A stretch of 64,000 bases of DNA from Spirochaetia bacterium (GTDB taxonomy: Bacteria; Spirochaetota; Spirochaetia; DSM-2461), in assembly GCA_963668315.1 (NCBI GenBank), contig OY764216.1, positions 5,504,001 to 5,568,000 of the forward strand, read 5' to 3'. Made by a program: the position numbers and the translations under genes. Positions 1-10,804 of the stretch are shown one piece after another (positions within the stretch are counted from its first letter, which is position 1; each line of letters opens with the position of its first letter). A model generated the notes under the pieces. It did not search any database. It was not told where the DNA came from and saw only the letters and a program-made list of their open reading frames with translations.

Positions 1-763
1 GCGTCGCAAAGCAGGATAGACTGGGGGCGATTTCTTCTTCGTCAGGCACGGAAGCAGGGAAGATGAGCCGCAGGTAGTCGCGTCCGTAGCAGATGTAGCC
101 TTTGGCTCGCTGCTCGTCCGTCAGGGCTGGGAGCACTCGATCATCTTCGTAACGCTGGCTCGGCTTCACGATGCGATCTGTAGGGACGAGGCTGATATCG
201 TCGTACCAGACGGCGCCGGTTCCCGTGTAACGCATGTTGAGCCAAAGGCGAAGGCGGATTCGTGTTGTGCCCTCAGGCGGTTCGAGGTAGCCCGTGTAAC
301 GCGTCCAGTCCCGGTCCACATTCACGGCGACCGCGTCGTAGTTCGCGTCCAGCCACTTGCCGCCGTCGCCGAAAAACACTCCCGAGACCAGGGCCTCCGT
401 ATTCTTCATGCCCTGCGTTTTCATCCAGATCTGGAGCTTGTAGAACTTGACACTTCCGTCGACCGGGATGTCGGCCAGCGTCCATACGCCGTCGTCTTCC
501 GCGCGCTGATTCGAAACGAAAAGGCTCCGTTCTCCGGAGTGGACGACCCTGCCGTCCCACCTCACCTGCGGCTTTTCCTTCTTCAGCCCTCGCTCACGAT
601 CGTTGCTGTGCGTGTTCTGCCAGGCAAATGCCCAGCCGTCCGGCGTGCCGTCCCCGTCGACATCCTCTTCGAAGCCGGCGTTGACGATGAGATTCCCAGG
701 CTCCTTTGCCAGGCACACCAGCGGCAGCGTGAAGATCACGAGCGTCAAGGTGATGAGTTTCAT
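1..763 (-). CDS. Secreted protein with N-terminal carbohydrate-binding (CBM4/9-like) domain; runs off the window edge
   Basis: Manual translation from ATG at 763: MKLITLTLVIFTLPLVCLA (signal peptide), NLIVNAGFEED..PDGW, ..WYDDISL; no stop before base 1. Confidence 0.7.
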   Translation of the reverse strand, partial: MKLITLTLVIFTLPLVCLAKEPGNLIVNAGFEEDVDGDGTPDGWAFAWQNTHSNDRERGLKKEKPQVRWDGRVVHSGERSLFVSNQRAEDDGVWTLADIPVDGSVKFYKLQIWMKTQGMKNTEALVSGVFFGDGGKWLDANYDAVAVNVDRDWTRYTGYLEPPEGTTRIRLRLWLNMRYTGTGAVWYDDISLVPTDRIVKPSQRYEDDRVLPALTDEQRAKGYICYGRDYLRLIFPASVPDEEEIAPSLSCFAT

Positions 764-850
764 CGACACCCCCGAAGTTATCTTGATAACAGCCAATCTT
801 GCACGAATCATGCAAGGTTCTTTCGCGTTCAGTTCTCACGACAATCCGAA

Positions 851-1018
851 CTAGGCTCTGTTTCAAAATTCAAGGTGCCGGGCTTCGAGCGGCTGCACGA
901 ACCATCCGCTGCGTTGTCCTGCATCGACATATGTCCAATATGCCTGCTTCGGAGGCCTTGCGGACTGGCTCGTTCGCTCGCTCTCGGGCCTGCGGCAGAC
1001 TTTTCAAACAGAGCCTAG
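851..1018. mobile_element. MITE-like element, 168 bp, 18-bp terminal inverted repeats, CTAG at both ends
   Basis: 851-868 CTAGGCTCTGTTTCAAAA vs reverse complement of 1001-1018 CTAGGCTCTGTTTGAAAA (1 mismatch); no transposase inside. Confidence 0.75.
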
Positions 1019-2559
1019 TTTCCCGCGGTTTCCCGGGCGACATCGCCATAGTCCTCGCCCCGCAGGCTTTTCAATACCGACTCCTGCCAGTCGCGCATCT
1101 GCTGCTTCAGTTTGTCGACGATTTCCGGCTGTTCCTGGCTCAGGTCGCGTGTCTCCGCCGGATCGTCGAGCAGGTCGAACAGTTCCACCTTGGGCTCGCC
1201 GGCTTTGCGGTCGTGAAGGACGAGCTTGAACTGGTCATCGACGAGGGCGCGAGGGCCGAGGAAATCCGAAGCATCAATCTCCGGATGGCGGAGATTCCGA
1301 AAGTTGCGGGTTGGGATGCCGCCCATCAACTTCACCAGCGGAGTGGTTCCCTTCTGCAGTTCCGGCTCGATCCACGGCTCCGTTTTCAGCCCGGCGAAGC
1401 GGCGCGTGTTGTAACACCAGACGAAAATCGGTTTTGGACGGGCAACCATCTCCCCGACAATCAGCGGCGACAGGTCAACTCCATCGATGGGCCGGGCCGG
1501 AAGCGGCTGGCCGACAATCGAGCAGAGAGTCGGCAACAGATCGCTGGTAACCGCACGCACGTTGCTTACACGCGGTTTCGGAATGCGGGCCGGCCACTCA
1601 ATGACCCCCGGCACGCGAATCCCTCCTTCATAGACTTGTCCCTTCAGGCCGCGATAGGGCGACCGCAGCAGGCCGCTCGGCGGCGTGCCGTTGTCGCCGC
1701 AATAGAACACCAATGTGTTCTCGCGCAGACCCGCTTTGGCAAGGTAGTCGCGGAGTGTGCCGATGGCGTGGTCCATGGCGGTGATTTCTGCGTACCGTTC
1801 TTGCAGGACCGCGCCGAGCGGGCGTTGGACCGGCAGGCCGGTCTCGTTCGATGTCAAGCGGACGGAGCGATCGGCATACTTGGCCGGTAGTTCCTCGTAA
1901 AGGGCGAGGTCCTCGGGCAGGCCGCTGTAGGGCTCGTGCGGAGAACCGAACCACACAACGGCAAAAAACGGCTTCCCCTTCTCCCGGGAATGCTCGATGA
2001 AACGCAACGCCTCTTCGACGATGACTTTGGAGCCCTCGCCGCGAAAGATCTCGGGCGGGGCACCGTTGCGTGACAAAGCCGGGTCCATTTCAAAGAAATT
2101 GTCGTGGGATACCCATTCGTCGAATCCCATCGCCCCGGGATTGGTAGGCGAAGCGGTCTTCACTGCCCCAACATGCCATTTGCCGAAGTGGCCGCAGTAG
2201 TATCCGGCTTCATGCAGAATGTGGCCGATGGTGATTTCTTCGGGACGCAGCGACCATCCTGGAGCGAACGTGCCGTAGCGATTTGGATGGCGGCCGGTGA
2301 GGAAGCTGCCTCGCGTGGGGGAGCAGGAAGGGTGTGCCGAATAGAAGCGATCGAACCGAAGCCCGGTGGCCGCCATCTTGTCAAGAACCGGCGTGTGCAG
2401 GTAGGGGTGCCCATTGTAGCCGGTCTCCTCCCAGCCATGGTCGTCGCCCATCATGAGGACGATGTTGGGGGCGGGCAGACGCGACGCGTCGTCAGCAAGC
2501 AATGACGCCTGTACAACAAGCAGGAGAGCAGCAAGCAAAGGGATTGGGAGTCGGTTCAT
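1015..2559 (-). CDS. Formylglycine-dependent sulfatase (S1 family), secreted
   Basis: PNIVLMMGDD, CSPTRGSFLTGR (CxPxR), GKWH, GDNG, KGQVYEGGIRVP; signal peptide. Confidence 0.95.
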   Translation of the reverse strand: MNRLPIPLLAALLLVVQASLLADDASRLPAPNIVLMMGDDHGWEETGYNGHPYLHTPVLDKMAATGLRFDRFYSAHPSCSPTRGSFLTGRHPNRYGTFAPGWSLRPEEITIGHILHEAGYYCGHFGKWHVGAVKTASPTNPGAMGFDEWVSHDNFFEMDPALSRNGAPPEIFRGEGSKVIVEEALRFIEHSREKGKPFFAVVWFGSPHEPYSGLPEDLALYEELPAKYADRSVRLTSNETGLPVQRPLGAVLQERYAEITAMDHAIGTLRDYLAKAGLRENTLVFYCGDNGTPPSGLLRSPYRGLKGQVYEGGIRVPGVIEWPARIPKPRVSNVRAVTSDLLPTLCSIVGQPLPARPIDGVDLSPLIVGEMVARPKPIFVWCYNTRRFAGLKTEPWIEPELQKGTTPLVKLMGGIPTRNFRNLRHPEIDASDFLGPRALVDDQFKLVLHDRKAGEPKVELFDLLDDPAETRDLSQEQPEIVDKLKQQMRDWQESVLKSLRGEDYGDVARETAGN

Positions 2560-2913
2560 GGCCCTTGTTCCTCTTGCACAATCGTCGCGTTGTTTGGGGG
2601 GCTCGCTTGCCCGTCGGCATTCCTTGACACTCTACAAACCACCGAGTTGCCCGTCAACTCACGGGCGACTGGCTGGCAGTCCGGCATTTTGCGATCGCCG
2701 CCAATCGGCAGTCGCCCAGATTCCACGAACTCGCTTCGACGACCTCCCTGTTGGCTGTTCCTTTGCCAAGCCAGGCACTGCGCATTGCTGGAAATTTGCC
2801 CCAGCATCACCTTTATGGTAGTGTAACCGATCGAGTATTTAGTGCGATTCTGCCCACCCGCCATCCCCCCCCGCCCGAGACGCCCCCCGAGAAGCTCCAA
2901 GGAACGTACAATC

Positions 2914-4269
2914 ATGCTGAAGAATGTCTCCCGCCGTGGTTTCCTCAAGACATCGGCCGCGATTGCGGCGTCCCTGTCCGTCGGCATCGGGAAATCCGCC
3001 TCTGCCGCGATAGGCAGTGCCTCGCAACCAAAGCGATGGTTCAAAGGCAACATGCACATGCATAACCAGTGGTCCGACGGCCACCCGCTTCCGGAGTGGG
3101 CTGTCGACTGGTACAAATCCCACGGCTACGATTTCATCTGCCCGAGCGACCACAATATCTTCCAGTCGGAGGAACTTCGCTTCGACGGTTTCGGGTTCAA
3201 CAACAAGCCTTCCGATATTGCGGCGTTCGAGGGCGAGACGTCCCTTTGGAAAGTCGTTTCGCCGACTGCCGGCTGGCCGAAGCTGACACAGAGACAGATC
3301 GACGAGGCAATCGAGAAGTTCGGCGACAGTTCCGTGCGGACAATCACCATCGCTGACAAGACCTACGTTCGGCTCAAGCCCTTTGCCGAACTGGAGCAGC
3401 AATTCGTCGAACCGGGCAAGTTCCTCATGATCCCCGGATTTGAGCAGACGGGGGCCTGCCACAACGATCAGCAGGTCCATATGAACTTCATCAACGTGCG
3501 GGAGGTGTTTCCGTACATCTCGGCGGAGAAGCCCAAGGAGATTCTCGAACGGACCTTCGAGAAAGGCCTGGAGATGTACGGGCAGGACTATCTCTTCACG
3601 GCCAACCATCCCCTATGGCGCTACTATGACTATTCGCCCAACGATCTGATTGCCCTTCCGCAGATTCGTCTGTTCGAACTGAACAACAACGGGATCGACG
3701 GGAAGTACGAGGCTCATCCGCAGGGCTGGAAGCCGGAACAGTTCTGGGATGTGGTCAATGCCTACCGGGCCGCGCACGACCAGTCGCTCCTGCTGGGAAT
3801 GGGGTCCGACGATCGGCACTCCTACCTGGAGCCGGCCAAGGCCTGGAGCGTTGTACGGGCGGCGACCCTGTGCGTGCAGGACCTGTTCCAGGCGATTCAC
3901 GCCGGCGATTTCTATGCCTCCAACGGTCTGGATTTCGAAGACATTCAGTTCGACGGCAAAACCCTTGCGGTGAAGATCGACGTGCGAGAGGAAGGCAAGT
4001 ACCGGATCCAGTTCCTTGGAACGAAGAAGGACTACGACCCCACAAGCCGCGTCATCGAGGTGGCCGAAGGCCCTCTCTGTCCGGCCCGCAAGATCGACAT
4101 CTATTCCGACACCATCGGCCGTGTTCTCGACACGGTGGAAGGCACGGAGGGCTCGTACACGCTCAAGCCGGACGATCTCTACGTTCGGGCGAAGATCGTC
4201 AAGGTGAGCGACGATCTTCAGGACGACTGGCAGTCGAAGCCCGCCGCCTGGAGCCAGCCGTACAAGTAG
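2914..4269 (+). CDS. Tat-exported PHP-domain metallohydrolase
   Basis: MLKNVSRRGFLK twin-arginine signal; HMHNQWSDG, SDHN, NHP, SDDRH motifs. Confidence 0.85.
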   Translation: MLKNVSRRGFLKTSAAIAASLSVGIGKSASAAIGSASQPKRWFKGNMHMHNQWSDGHPLPEWAVDWYKSHGYDFICPSDHNIFQSEELRFDGFGFNNKPSDIAAFEGETSLWKVVSPTAGWPKLTQRQIDEAIEKFGDSSVRTITIADKTYVRLKPFAELEQQFVEPGKFLMIPGFEQTGACHNDQQVHMNFINVREVFPYISAEKPKEILERTFEKGLEMYGQDYLFTANHPLWRYYDYSPNDLIALPQIRLFELNNNGIDGKYEAHPQGWKPEQFWDVVNAYRAAHDQSLLLGMGSDDRHSYLEPAKAWSVVRAATLCVQDLFQAIHAGDFYASNGLDFEDIQFDGKTLAVKIDVREEGKYRIQFLGTKKDYDPTSRVIEVAEGPLCPARKIDIYSDTIGRVLDTVEGTEGSYTLKPDDLYVRAKIVKVSDDLQDDWQSKPAAWSQPYK

Positions 4270-4438
4270 CCGAAAGGAGAGTGATAGTTCGGAGGTTGTC
4301 ACGAACTACACCCAGGAGGCCTTTCCCTACCGGGGAAAGACGGTTGGAACCGAGGACTATCTTCTCTTTCCAGGAAGCGGGCCAGCGGATTAAGAAACGC
4401 CGACGTACGTTTGACGACGCGGGATCGGGCGACACCGG

Positions 4439-5614
4439 TCACTCGAACAACTTCGCATCGTCCTGCCGGGTCCGGTTGCGATAGTCTTTGATCGTGTCAA
4501 AGACCATGTAGTTCGAATCGTGGAAGTTCTTGCCATACCAACCGAGGCGGCAGACAAAATCGATGTCGTCGCCAACAATTCGCCAATCGCAATACTGGAA
4601 GCCGGCGACGTCGTTGCCCTGGGCATGCTGATAGATGATCGAGCGTACATCCCACTTCTTCAGATCATCGGAACAGACAAGGGCCAGCGTGGTTCGAGAG
4701 CCTTTTTGTTTGGGCTGGACCCAGTTGGTCAACGCCCAGTACTTTCGGGTGACCTCGTCGTAGCGGATGCAAAACTTGGACGCGCCGCCGGGGAAATCGA
4801 GGAAGCCGGTCTCGGGATCGAAGCGGAGCGTTTTGCCGTCGGCCGAGAGGTCGAGACAGGCCACGGTCCGGCCGCCCCCGCCCGGACGTTTCCAATCCTC
4901 CACGCGGGCGATGATGTGCAGCGAGCCGTTGGGAGCCGCCACGACGTTGCCCTCCAGCCATCCGGTGAAGTGCGGATGCGACGGCCACACCACGGCGTTG
5001 CTTCGTGTCCAATTCGCGGCGTCCAGCAAGTCGCTGTCCAAGGGGGCGCTAATCGCCATCATGCTGAACTGGCTGCCCCATCCCCCTTGACGCGGTTTGT
5101 CGACCAGGTCGACTTGCCACCATACGCGGCCGCCGTGAAACAGCACGGGAACGGGATCGGTGTAGTACGGGGCATCGGAGAGAATCAGGCCAGTCTTCGG
5201 GTCCTTGGGCTCCGACCACGTCCTTCCGCCGTCGGTCGATTTGCGAATCGCCACGCACTCGGGACTGACGCCCTCGATCTCCGGCATCGCATAGCCGATT
5301 TGATACAGGACGTTGTCAATGGCGAAGAGCGTCCCACTCCGTTGCCTGTCGAACTGCCCCACCTTGGTCCAGGTCTCGCCTCGGTCGGCCGACCGGAAGA
5401 CCTGCGTGTGCTTCTTGAAGTCGTCGTGCGAAAAGACGTACGTCCCGTCGGAGAGGATCTCCATCGACGGGGAGCCGAGAAACGCCTTGCGCCAATCGGC
5501 GCTGCGGGCGATCACCGTCCCCGGCGGCGGAGGCGTGTTTTCCTTCTGAGACTGGCCGTTCAATGCTGCCGTCGTAGCCAGAACTAACACGAGACTGACG
5601 AGTCTGACAATCAT
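4439..5614 (-). CDS. Sialidase-like/BNR Asp-box beta-propeller protein, secreted
   Basis: Asp-boxes SADRGETW and STDGGRTW; signal peptide. Confidence 0.85.
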   Translation of the reverse strand: MIVRLVSLVLVLATTAALNGQSQKENTPPPPGTVIARSADWRKAFLGSPSMEILSDGTYVFSHDDFKKHTQVFRSADRGETWTKVGQFDRQRSGTLFAIDNVLYQIGYAMPEIEGVSPECVAIRKSTDGGRTWSEPKDPKTGLILSDAPYYTDPVPVLFHGGRVWWQVDLVDKPRQGGWGSQFSMMAISAPLDSDLLDAANWTRSNAVVWPSHPHFTGWLEGNVVAAPNGSLHIIARVEDWKRPGGGGRTVACLDLSADGKTLRFDPETGFLDFPGGASKFCIRYDEVTRKYWALTNWVQPKQKGSRTTLALVCSDDLKKWDVRSIIYQHAQGNDVAGFQYCDWRIVGDDIDFVCRLGWYGKNFHDSNYMVFDTIKDYRNRTRQDDAKLFE

Positions 5615-5872
5615 GGTGATCTATCCTTGTTGAAGGTCCCGTGGCCAATCATCGAGCCCGGTCCGCGTGAGGTCCGAAGACACGTTCGCCGGCATTTTCC
5701 AGGTACCATGAGCTGGAAACAGATTCCGGTCTCGTTCGTTCGACCATTCTAACGCAGTGCGTTCCCTGTGTATGCGCCCCACGGATTATCATTTCCCTCT
5801 GTCGGAGAACCACATTCCGGGCCTCTGACAGTGGGACGAGATCGTGGGGACTGACAATGAAGCAGCCTGTGC

Positions 5873-8069
5873 CTATTCTCGCATCGTTTTGAGCCAGGCG
5901 TCGTCGACGGCGATGGAATGGCTTTGCCCTTTGCGCTGGAGGAGGATTGTCCCCGTAATCGCCTTTGGTTCATTGCCCTTTCCGTCGCGGATCTTGAGGA
6001 TCGGCCGGTCGCGGTCGTCCTTCACGGTGAGGTTTTTGAAGTGAAGGTTGCCTGCCGGGCGGCCTTCCGCATCGATGCCTTGCAGGTAGAGGGGCGGAAA
6101 AAAGGGCTCGGCGAGGGCGCAGTCGCGAAAGGTGGAGTCCTCCAAGTCGATACGCACCGCATCGTAGGGATTGAACTGCACGGAGAGACCGGCCATTCCG
6201 TCGTTTTCCGCCAGGAATCCCGCGATCCGCAGTTCCCCGACGGGCGGGTCCTTGGGGTTGCTGCACAGATGGATGGCATGCTGTTGGTTTGCGCGGGAAA
6301 CGCACTGATCGAGGTGAATCGAGATGGGCGGGGACTGGCTGGTCAGGTATTGCGGACAGATCTGGAAGCCGGTTCCTGCATTGGATTCGGCGATGCAGCG
6401 ACGCATCACGCAGCGGACGAGGGAATCCTCAGGAGAATTGGGCTCGAAGTCGATGCCCGCCTGCGGCGCCGTGCCGTCCGTGTTGCGCAACCGGCAGTCC
6501 TCGATCAACAGGTCTTCCGCGCTGATGACGCTGATGCCCTGCCGGTGGTTGGCGTTGCAGTCCACACGGCGAATCGTCACCTGCCGGTTGGGGGCGTGGT
6601 TCGAGCCCGCGCCGAGGTAGATGCCGTCGCCTCCCGTCTGCTCGATCGAGAGGTCCTGAACCAGCACGTTGCGGCACCCGAAGAAAGCCACCCCATGCCG
6701 CCATTCGGAGCCTTCATAGTCGGCGGATTGATAATCTTGTTTGTGCATGCGGATGTGAGCAGACTCGCCGCCATCGGTCCGGTCGCCTCGGAGAACAACG
6801 TGTTCGCATTCGCGGAAGGAGAGAAGGCAGTCGCTCCTGGCCCGGAAGGCTCCTTTCAAGGCTACCAGTTCGGTTCCCGCCTCGAAGACGATTTCCTGGT
6901 CGCTCACGCCGGTCAGGGGGCCCGTGAACCAGGGTGACGCCTGCCGGTCCAGAATCAGCCGCTTGACTTTCGAGTGGATCGCTTCCTGGAGCTGGGCCGT
7001 AGAGTCCGTGGGATCGAATCCCCACCAGGATGCGCGAGCTTCCTGCCGTTTGCCCTCCAGCACCTCCCGGACCAGTTCCGGCCTGGCGAAAGCGTCTGCC
7101 GCGGGCAAAGACGCAGTCAGCGTTTTGACAAGGAGGGCGTCAAACGCCTTGCGGTCTTTCCAGCCGAGCTGGCAACGCACCGTCCTGCCCTCGGGCGAAA
7201 TGAGCGTGTGGCCCTCGTCGTTCACCGTGAGCGTTCGGGGCTCGATCCGTGCGTATTCTTCGGAAGAGGCCAGGTAGACCGCCGCCGTGTCGAAGAGGAC
7301 GCTGCTGGCATCCTGTGGATAGCCGTCACGGTGGGCCCAGAGGTTGTAGTTCTCGATCACGATGCGGGCCAGTGGGTGCGGAGAATCGGCCACGGTCGCG
7401 TATGACATGCCGCGAAAGTACCAACTCCCCGGAAGCGTCCAGCGGCGAGGTGGTGATCGTCCACGGCGCCGCGACCATCGCCTGCCAGGAGGGGGCGTCG
7501 GCCCGGACATTCCAGTCTGCCCAGGGCTTTCCGCCGTTCTCAAAGCCTTTGTAGATCCTGCCGCCGGTGCAAACGATGCGAGCCTTGGTCGCAATCTGCG
7601 GGTTTCGGCGCAGAGCCTCCTTGATGTTGGGAACCGGACCGATGGTGATGACCGTGATCACGTCTGGCTGCGCGAGGATCGTGTCGATCAGCGCCGCCAC
7701 GCCGTCCTCATGGACCTTTCCCGGGTAGGTGCCCAAATCAAAATCGCCCACCCAACGCTTTTGCGTCAGGGGCTCGTCTCCGGTCTTGATCCCGGTGCCG
7801 ATGGGGATGTCGGTGCGACCGACGCGTTGGAGAATCTTCGCCGCGAGCCGGGTCCGTTCCGGGGTGTTGCCATAGTCGGTGACAATCAACTTCAGATCCA
7901 CTTCCGGCATGCCTAGCAACATCGCCAGGGCCCAGGTGTCATCGATGTCGTCGCCAATATCCGTATCCAAGATGACCGGAATGGACGCTCCCTGCGCCAC
8001 GGCAGCGATGAAGCCGAAACCGAGAGTGGCGAAAAGGACGAAACAGAGACTCCATGGGAGTTTGTTCAT
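5873..8069 (-). pseudogene. Secreted nucleoside-hydrolase + right-handed beta-helix fusion, split by a +1 frameshift near 7412 (or a sequencing error)
   Basis: 5' ORF has signal peptide and VILDTDIGDDIDD (IU-NH motif). The hydrolase C-terminus (LFDTAAVY) continues in another frame after CTT TCG C GGC ATG, followed by GGDGIYLG / NHRQGISVISA / AGIDFEPN beta-helix repeats. Confidence 0.75.
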
Positions 8070-8413
8070 GGGACTTCGGCGTGGCGGGAGGGCGGTGGGA
8101 GGAAGGCCGCCGTATGGCGACCTCGAATGGTGTTCCACACCAGTTTGTCAAAAAGCGAAACGAAACACAACGCGCGAGCTTCAGTCTCAATCCGCTCTTC
8201 CGTGGTTGGCTAACCGAAATTCGAACCGCCGTGAGAAAAGTTGCCCGAAATAGGCGAGTCGGTTTCCACACGGTACGTAATGAATTCGCCGTTCTATTCT
8301 CGCAGAGCTTCGGGGTGCTGTTGCTGCGGAAGGAGGGATCGTTGAAGCAAGTCGCAAGCGCTGCCAGCATAAAAATTCACCGAAAGCTCTTTGCTCGTAG
8401 GAGGTCGCGTGAA

Positions 8414-10795
8414 TCAGTCGATCCTTACGATGCGCGGCGCCGCACCGCAGCCGGGGACCTTGACCGTGAGGATCGAGCCCTCTTCATCCCAAGGGCAATC
8501 GGCCAGCGTCTCGCCGTCCAGCTTGACTGCCTTGGGGCGATGTTGCAGGTGGACCGTCGCCGTGAAGTCACGCGTCGCCGGCATTCCGGCGTATTTGCCG
8601 TCGCGGGGGCCGATGGTCAGCGTGACGGTGGTCCCTTCCGTTTTGCAGTTCAGTGTTGTCCGTGCGAACTGGCCCTTGCGGTATCCCAAGCTCTGGCCGT
8701 CGTCTTCGTAGAGCGTGAAGCTACTTTCATCCGACGGATAGACCAGGAGCAACACGTCAGCCGACCAGCCCTTCTCGAGGTGATCGCAGTCAGGCCAGGT
8801 GGGAATGATGGCGCCGCTCTTGACCATCAAGGCACCGCCGCGGCTGGCCGTGATTTTGATTGGAAGCCTGCCCGGACCGGTGGTCCGCTCGCCGCTCCAG
8901 AAGTCGGTCCACTCGCCCGGCGGCAACGTGAGTTGCTTGGAGAACGCCGAGACGAGGAGAAACTCGCCAAGCATGTATTGGGACAGGCAAGTGTCCCAGG
9001 CCGGGTCCTCGGGGTACTCCATCGACATGGCACGCATGACCGGGTACCCCGTCAGCGCGGCCTCGGCCGCGGTCGAGTAGAGATAGGGGAGCAGCCGGTA
9101 GCGAAGCTGAGCGTACTGCCGATAGGCGTCCGTGTGGACCTGTTCGAGATACCAAGGCTGATACCAGTAGTCCCAGTTGTTCTGCTGCGCCCAGGTTTGG
9201 AGGAATCCGAAATGGAGGCCTTCCACGTTGGTAACGCTCATGTCGCAAGAATGATTCGAGTGGCCGGAGAAGGCCAGGTTCAACATCGAGGTCAGCGGTC
9301 GGGGGCCTCCACCGGTATCTCCCGCCCATGTGGCCACAAACTGCTGCACGCCCGCATAACCGCCGGCCGAGTAGACCATGGCGCGACGTTGCGTATGTTG
9401 CTCGAAGCCTCGGGCCATCTGCTTGGCATAGATCACCGGGTACAGGTTGTGCATCTCCTCGTCGGTCATGCCGTTGCCCCACTGACGTTTCGGGTGCTCG
9501 ATGACCTGAGCGGCCCCGTCGAGCTTGAACGCAGACACGCCCTGATCGACGAATTTCTTGAGGTGCTCGAACCAGGGTTCGGGCGTCTGCTGCGGCTCTC
9601 CCTCGGGAGCGGCCGAAGTCTTCTTGGCACCCTCGGGTTTGCTCAGCCGTTCGTCGACGAAGCCCTCTTGCACGTTGATCGAGTCCGCTTGCCCCACTTT
9701 GGCACCGGACGCGGTCCCATCCTTGCCGACAATCTGCTGCTCTTCGCAGACGCCCAGGTCATAGTCGCAGCAGAGCCAGAGACTCAGCTTGAAGCCCTTT
9801 CGCTTCAGGGCGCCGAAGAATGTGTGCGGGCCCTTGGGCGCCCAGTAGGGGATGGGAAATCGTTGCGGATGCCAGGCTTTCTGCGTGCTGAAGTCGTAGT
9901 TCTTCGACATCCAGCCGGGCTCCAACCCGATCACGTCGCACGGGATTTGCTCGCGCCGAAAACTGACCGCTTCGTTCATCATGTTGAAAGCGTCGATGTT
10001 CTGGTTGCAGACATAGGTGAGGCCATAACCCCAGATGGGCAGCAGCGTGGGACGACCGGTGAGCGAGGTGTACGTCTCCAGCAAGGTCCGGTAGTCCGCA
10101 CCGCAGAACAAGTAGTAGTCCACATCGCTCCGCGGCGCGGTGCAGATCAATCGATTCGGGTCGCTCTTGCCAACGTCCATCGAGTTGCGCCATGTCGTGT
10201 TCATCAGCAGGCCCCAACCGCGGTTGCTCAACACCATGGGGATCGGGATGTAGGACTTGACGTTGAGGACCCAGAACTCGTAGACGCCGCCGCGACGCAT
10301 CACGTTTTCGCGGCTCACGTCGCCCAGGCCGTAGAGACGTTCGTCGGTGGTTAGCGCGAAGCGAAGGTCATACCCCCCGCGGGGCTCGAAACTCGCGGAG
10401 GCCAGTTCGGTCAGCGTCTTGCCATCGGCGGTGGCCAGGGCGACCGTCCCGTCCTTACGATTCACGTTAAGCTTCGCCTGCCCCGTGGCGAGTGTGACGA
10501 TTCCATCCGCCTCGGTCCGTTGAACCGCGACTTCCGGAAAGGCGGCGTTCAAGATACCGTAGCGGTTCAACGCCGATTCGGTCCATTGCCCTGTCTTGCT
10601 GTGGCGAATGCGGAAAAGACGTTCCCCCAAAACGTCGACGCGGACGGCCGCTCCATTGCCCAAGTCGAAAACCAGATTCTGCGGTCCCAACGGCGAGGAG
10701 TCGAGCCATATGGGAGATTTGCCGGCATCTTCAGAGCGGGCCTCACCGCTGAGAAACGTACATGAAAGCACGAAACAGATCGCCAGTCGGTTCAT
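8414..10795 (-). CDS. Glycoside hydrolase family 31 (alpha-glucosidase/xylosidase-like)
   Basis: YGLG, LTGRPTLLPIWGYG, IPCDVI, FKLD nucleophile, WAGD acid/base, RYRLLPYLYS, LYEDDG C-terminal domain. Confidence 0.9.
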   Translation of the reverse strand: MNRLAICFVLSCTFLSGEARSEDAGKSPIWLDSSPLGPQNLVFDLGNGAAVRVDVLGERLFRIRHSKTGQWTESALNRYGILNAAFPEVAVQRTEADGIVTLATGQAKLNVNRKDGTVALATADGKTLTELASASFEPRGGYDLRFALTTDERLYGLGDVSRENVMRRGGVYEFWVLNVKSYIPIPMVLSNRGWGLLMNTTWRNSMDVGKSDPNRLICTAPRSDVDYYLFCGADYRTLLETYTSLTGRPTLLPIWGYGLTYVCNQNIDAFNMMNEAVSFRREQIPCDVIGLEPGWMSKNYDFSTQKAWHPQRFPIPYWAPKGPHTFFGALKRKGFKLSLWLCCDYDLGVCEEQQIVGKDGTASGAKVGQADSINVQEGFVDERLSKPEGAKKTSAAPEGEPQQTPEPWFEHLKKFVDQGVSAFKLDGAAQVIEHPKRQWGNGMTDEEMHNLYPVIYAKQMARGFEQHTQRRAMVYSAGGYAGVQQFVATWAGDTGGGPRPLTSMLNLAFSGHSNHSCDMSVTNVEGLHFGFLQTWAQQNNWDYWYQPWYLEQVHTDAYRQYAQLRYRLLPYLYSTAAEAALTGYPVMRAMSMEYPEDPAWDTCLSQYMLGEFLLVSAFSKQLTLPPGEWTDFWSGERTTGPGRLPIKITASRGGALMVKSGAIIPTWPDCDHLEKGWSADVLLLVYPSDESSFTLYEDDGQSLGYRKGQFARTTLNCKTEGTTVTLTIGPRDGKYAGMPATRDFTATVHLQHRPKAVKLDGETLADCPWDEEGSILTVKVPGCGAAPRIVRID

Positions 10796-10804
10796 GGGAT
10801 GCTC

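Noticed and set aside
8054..10354. 766-aa plus-strand ORF (likewise 20547-22121, 22644-24296, 51087-52622, 54758-56599 and similar)
   Set aside because: Antisense shadows of well-supported genes in high-GC DNA; no recognisable motifs
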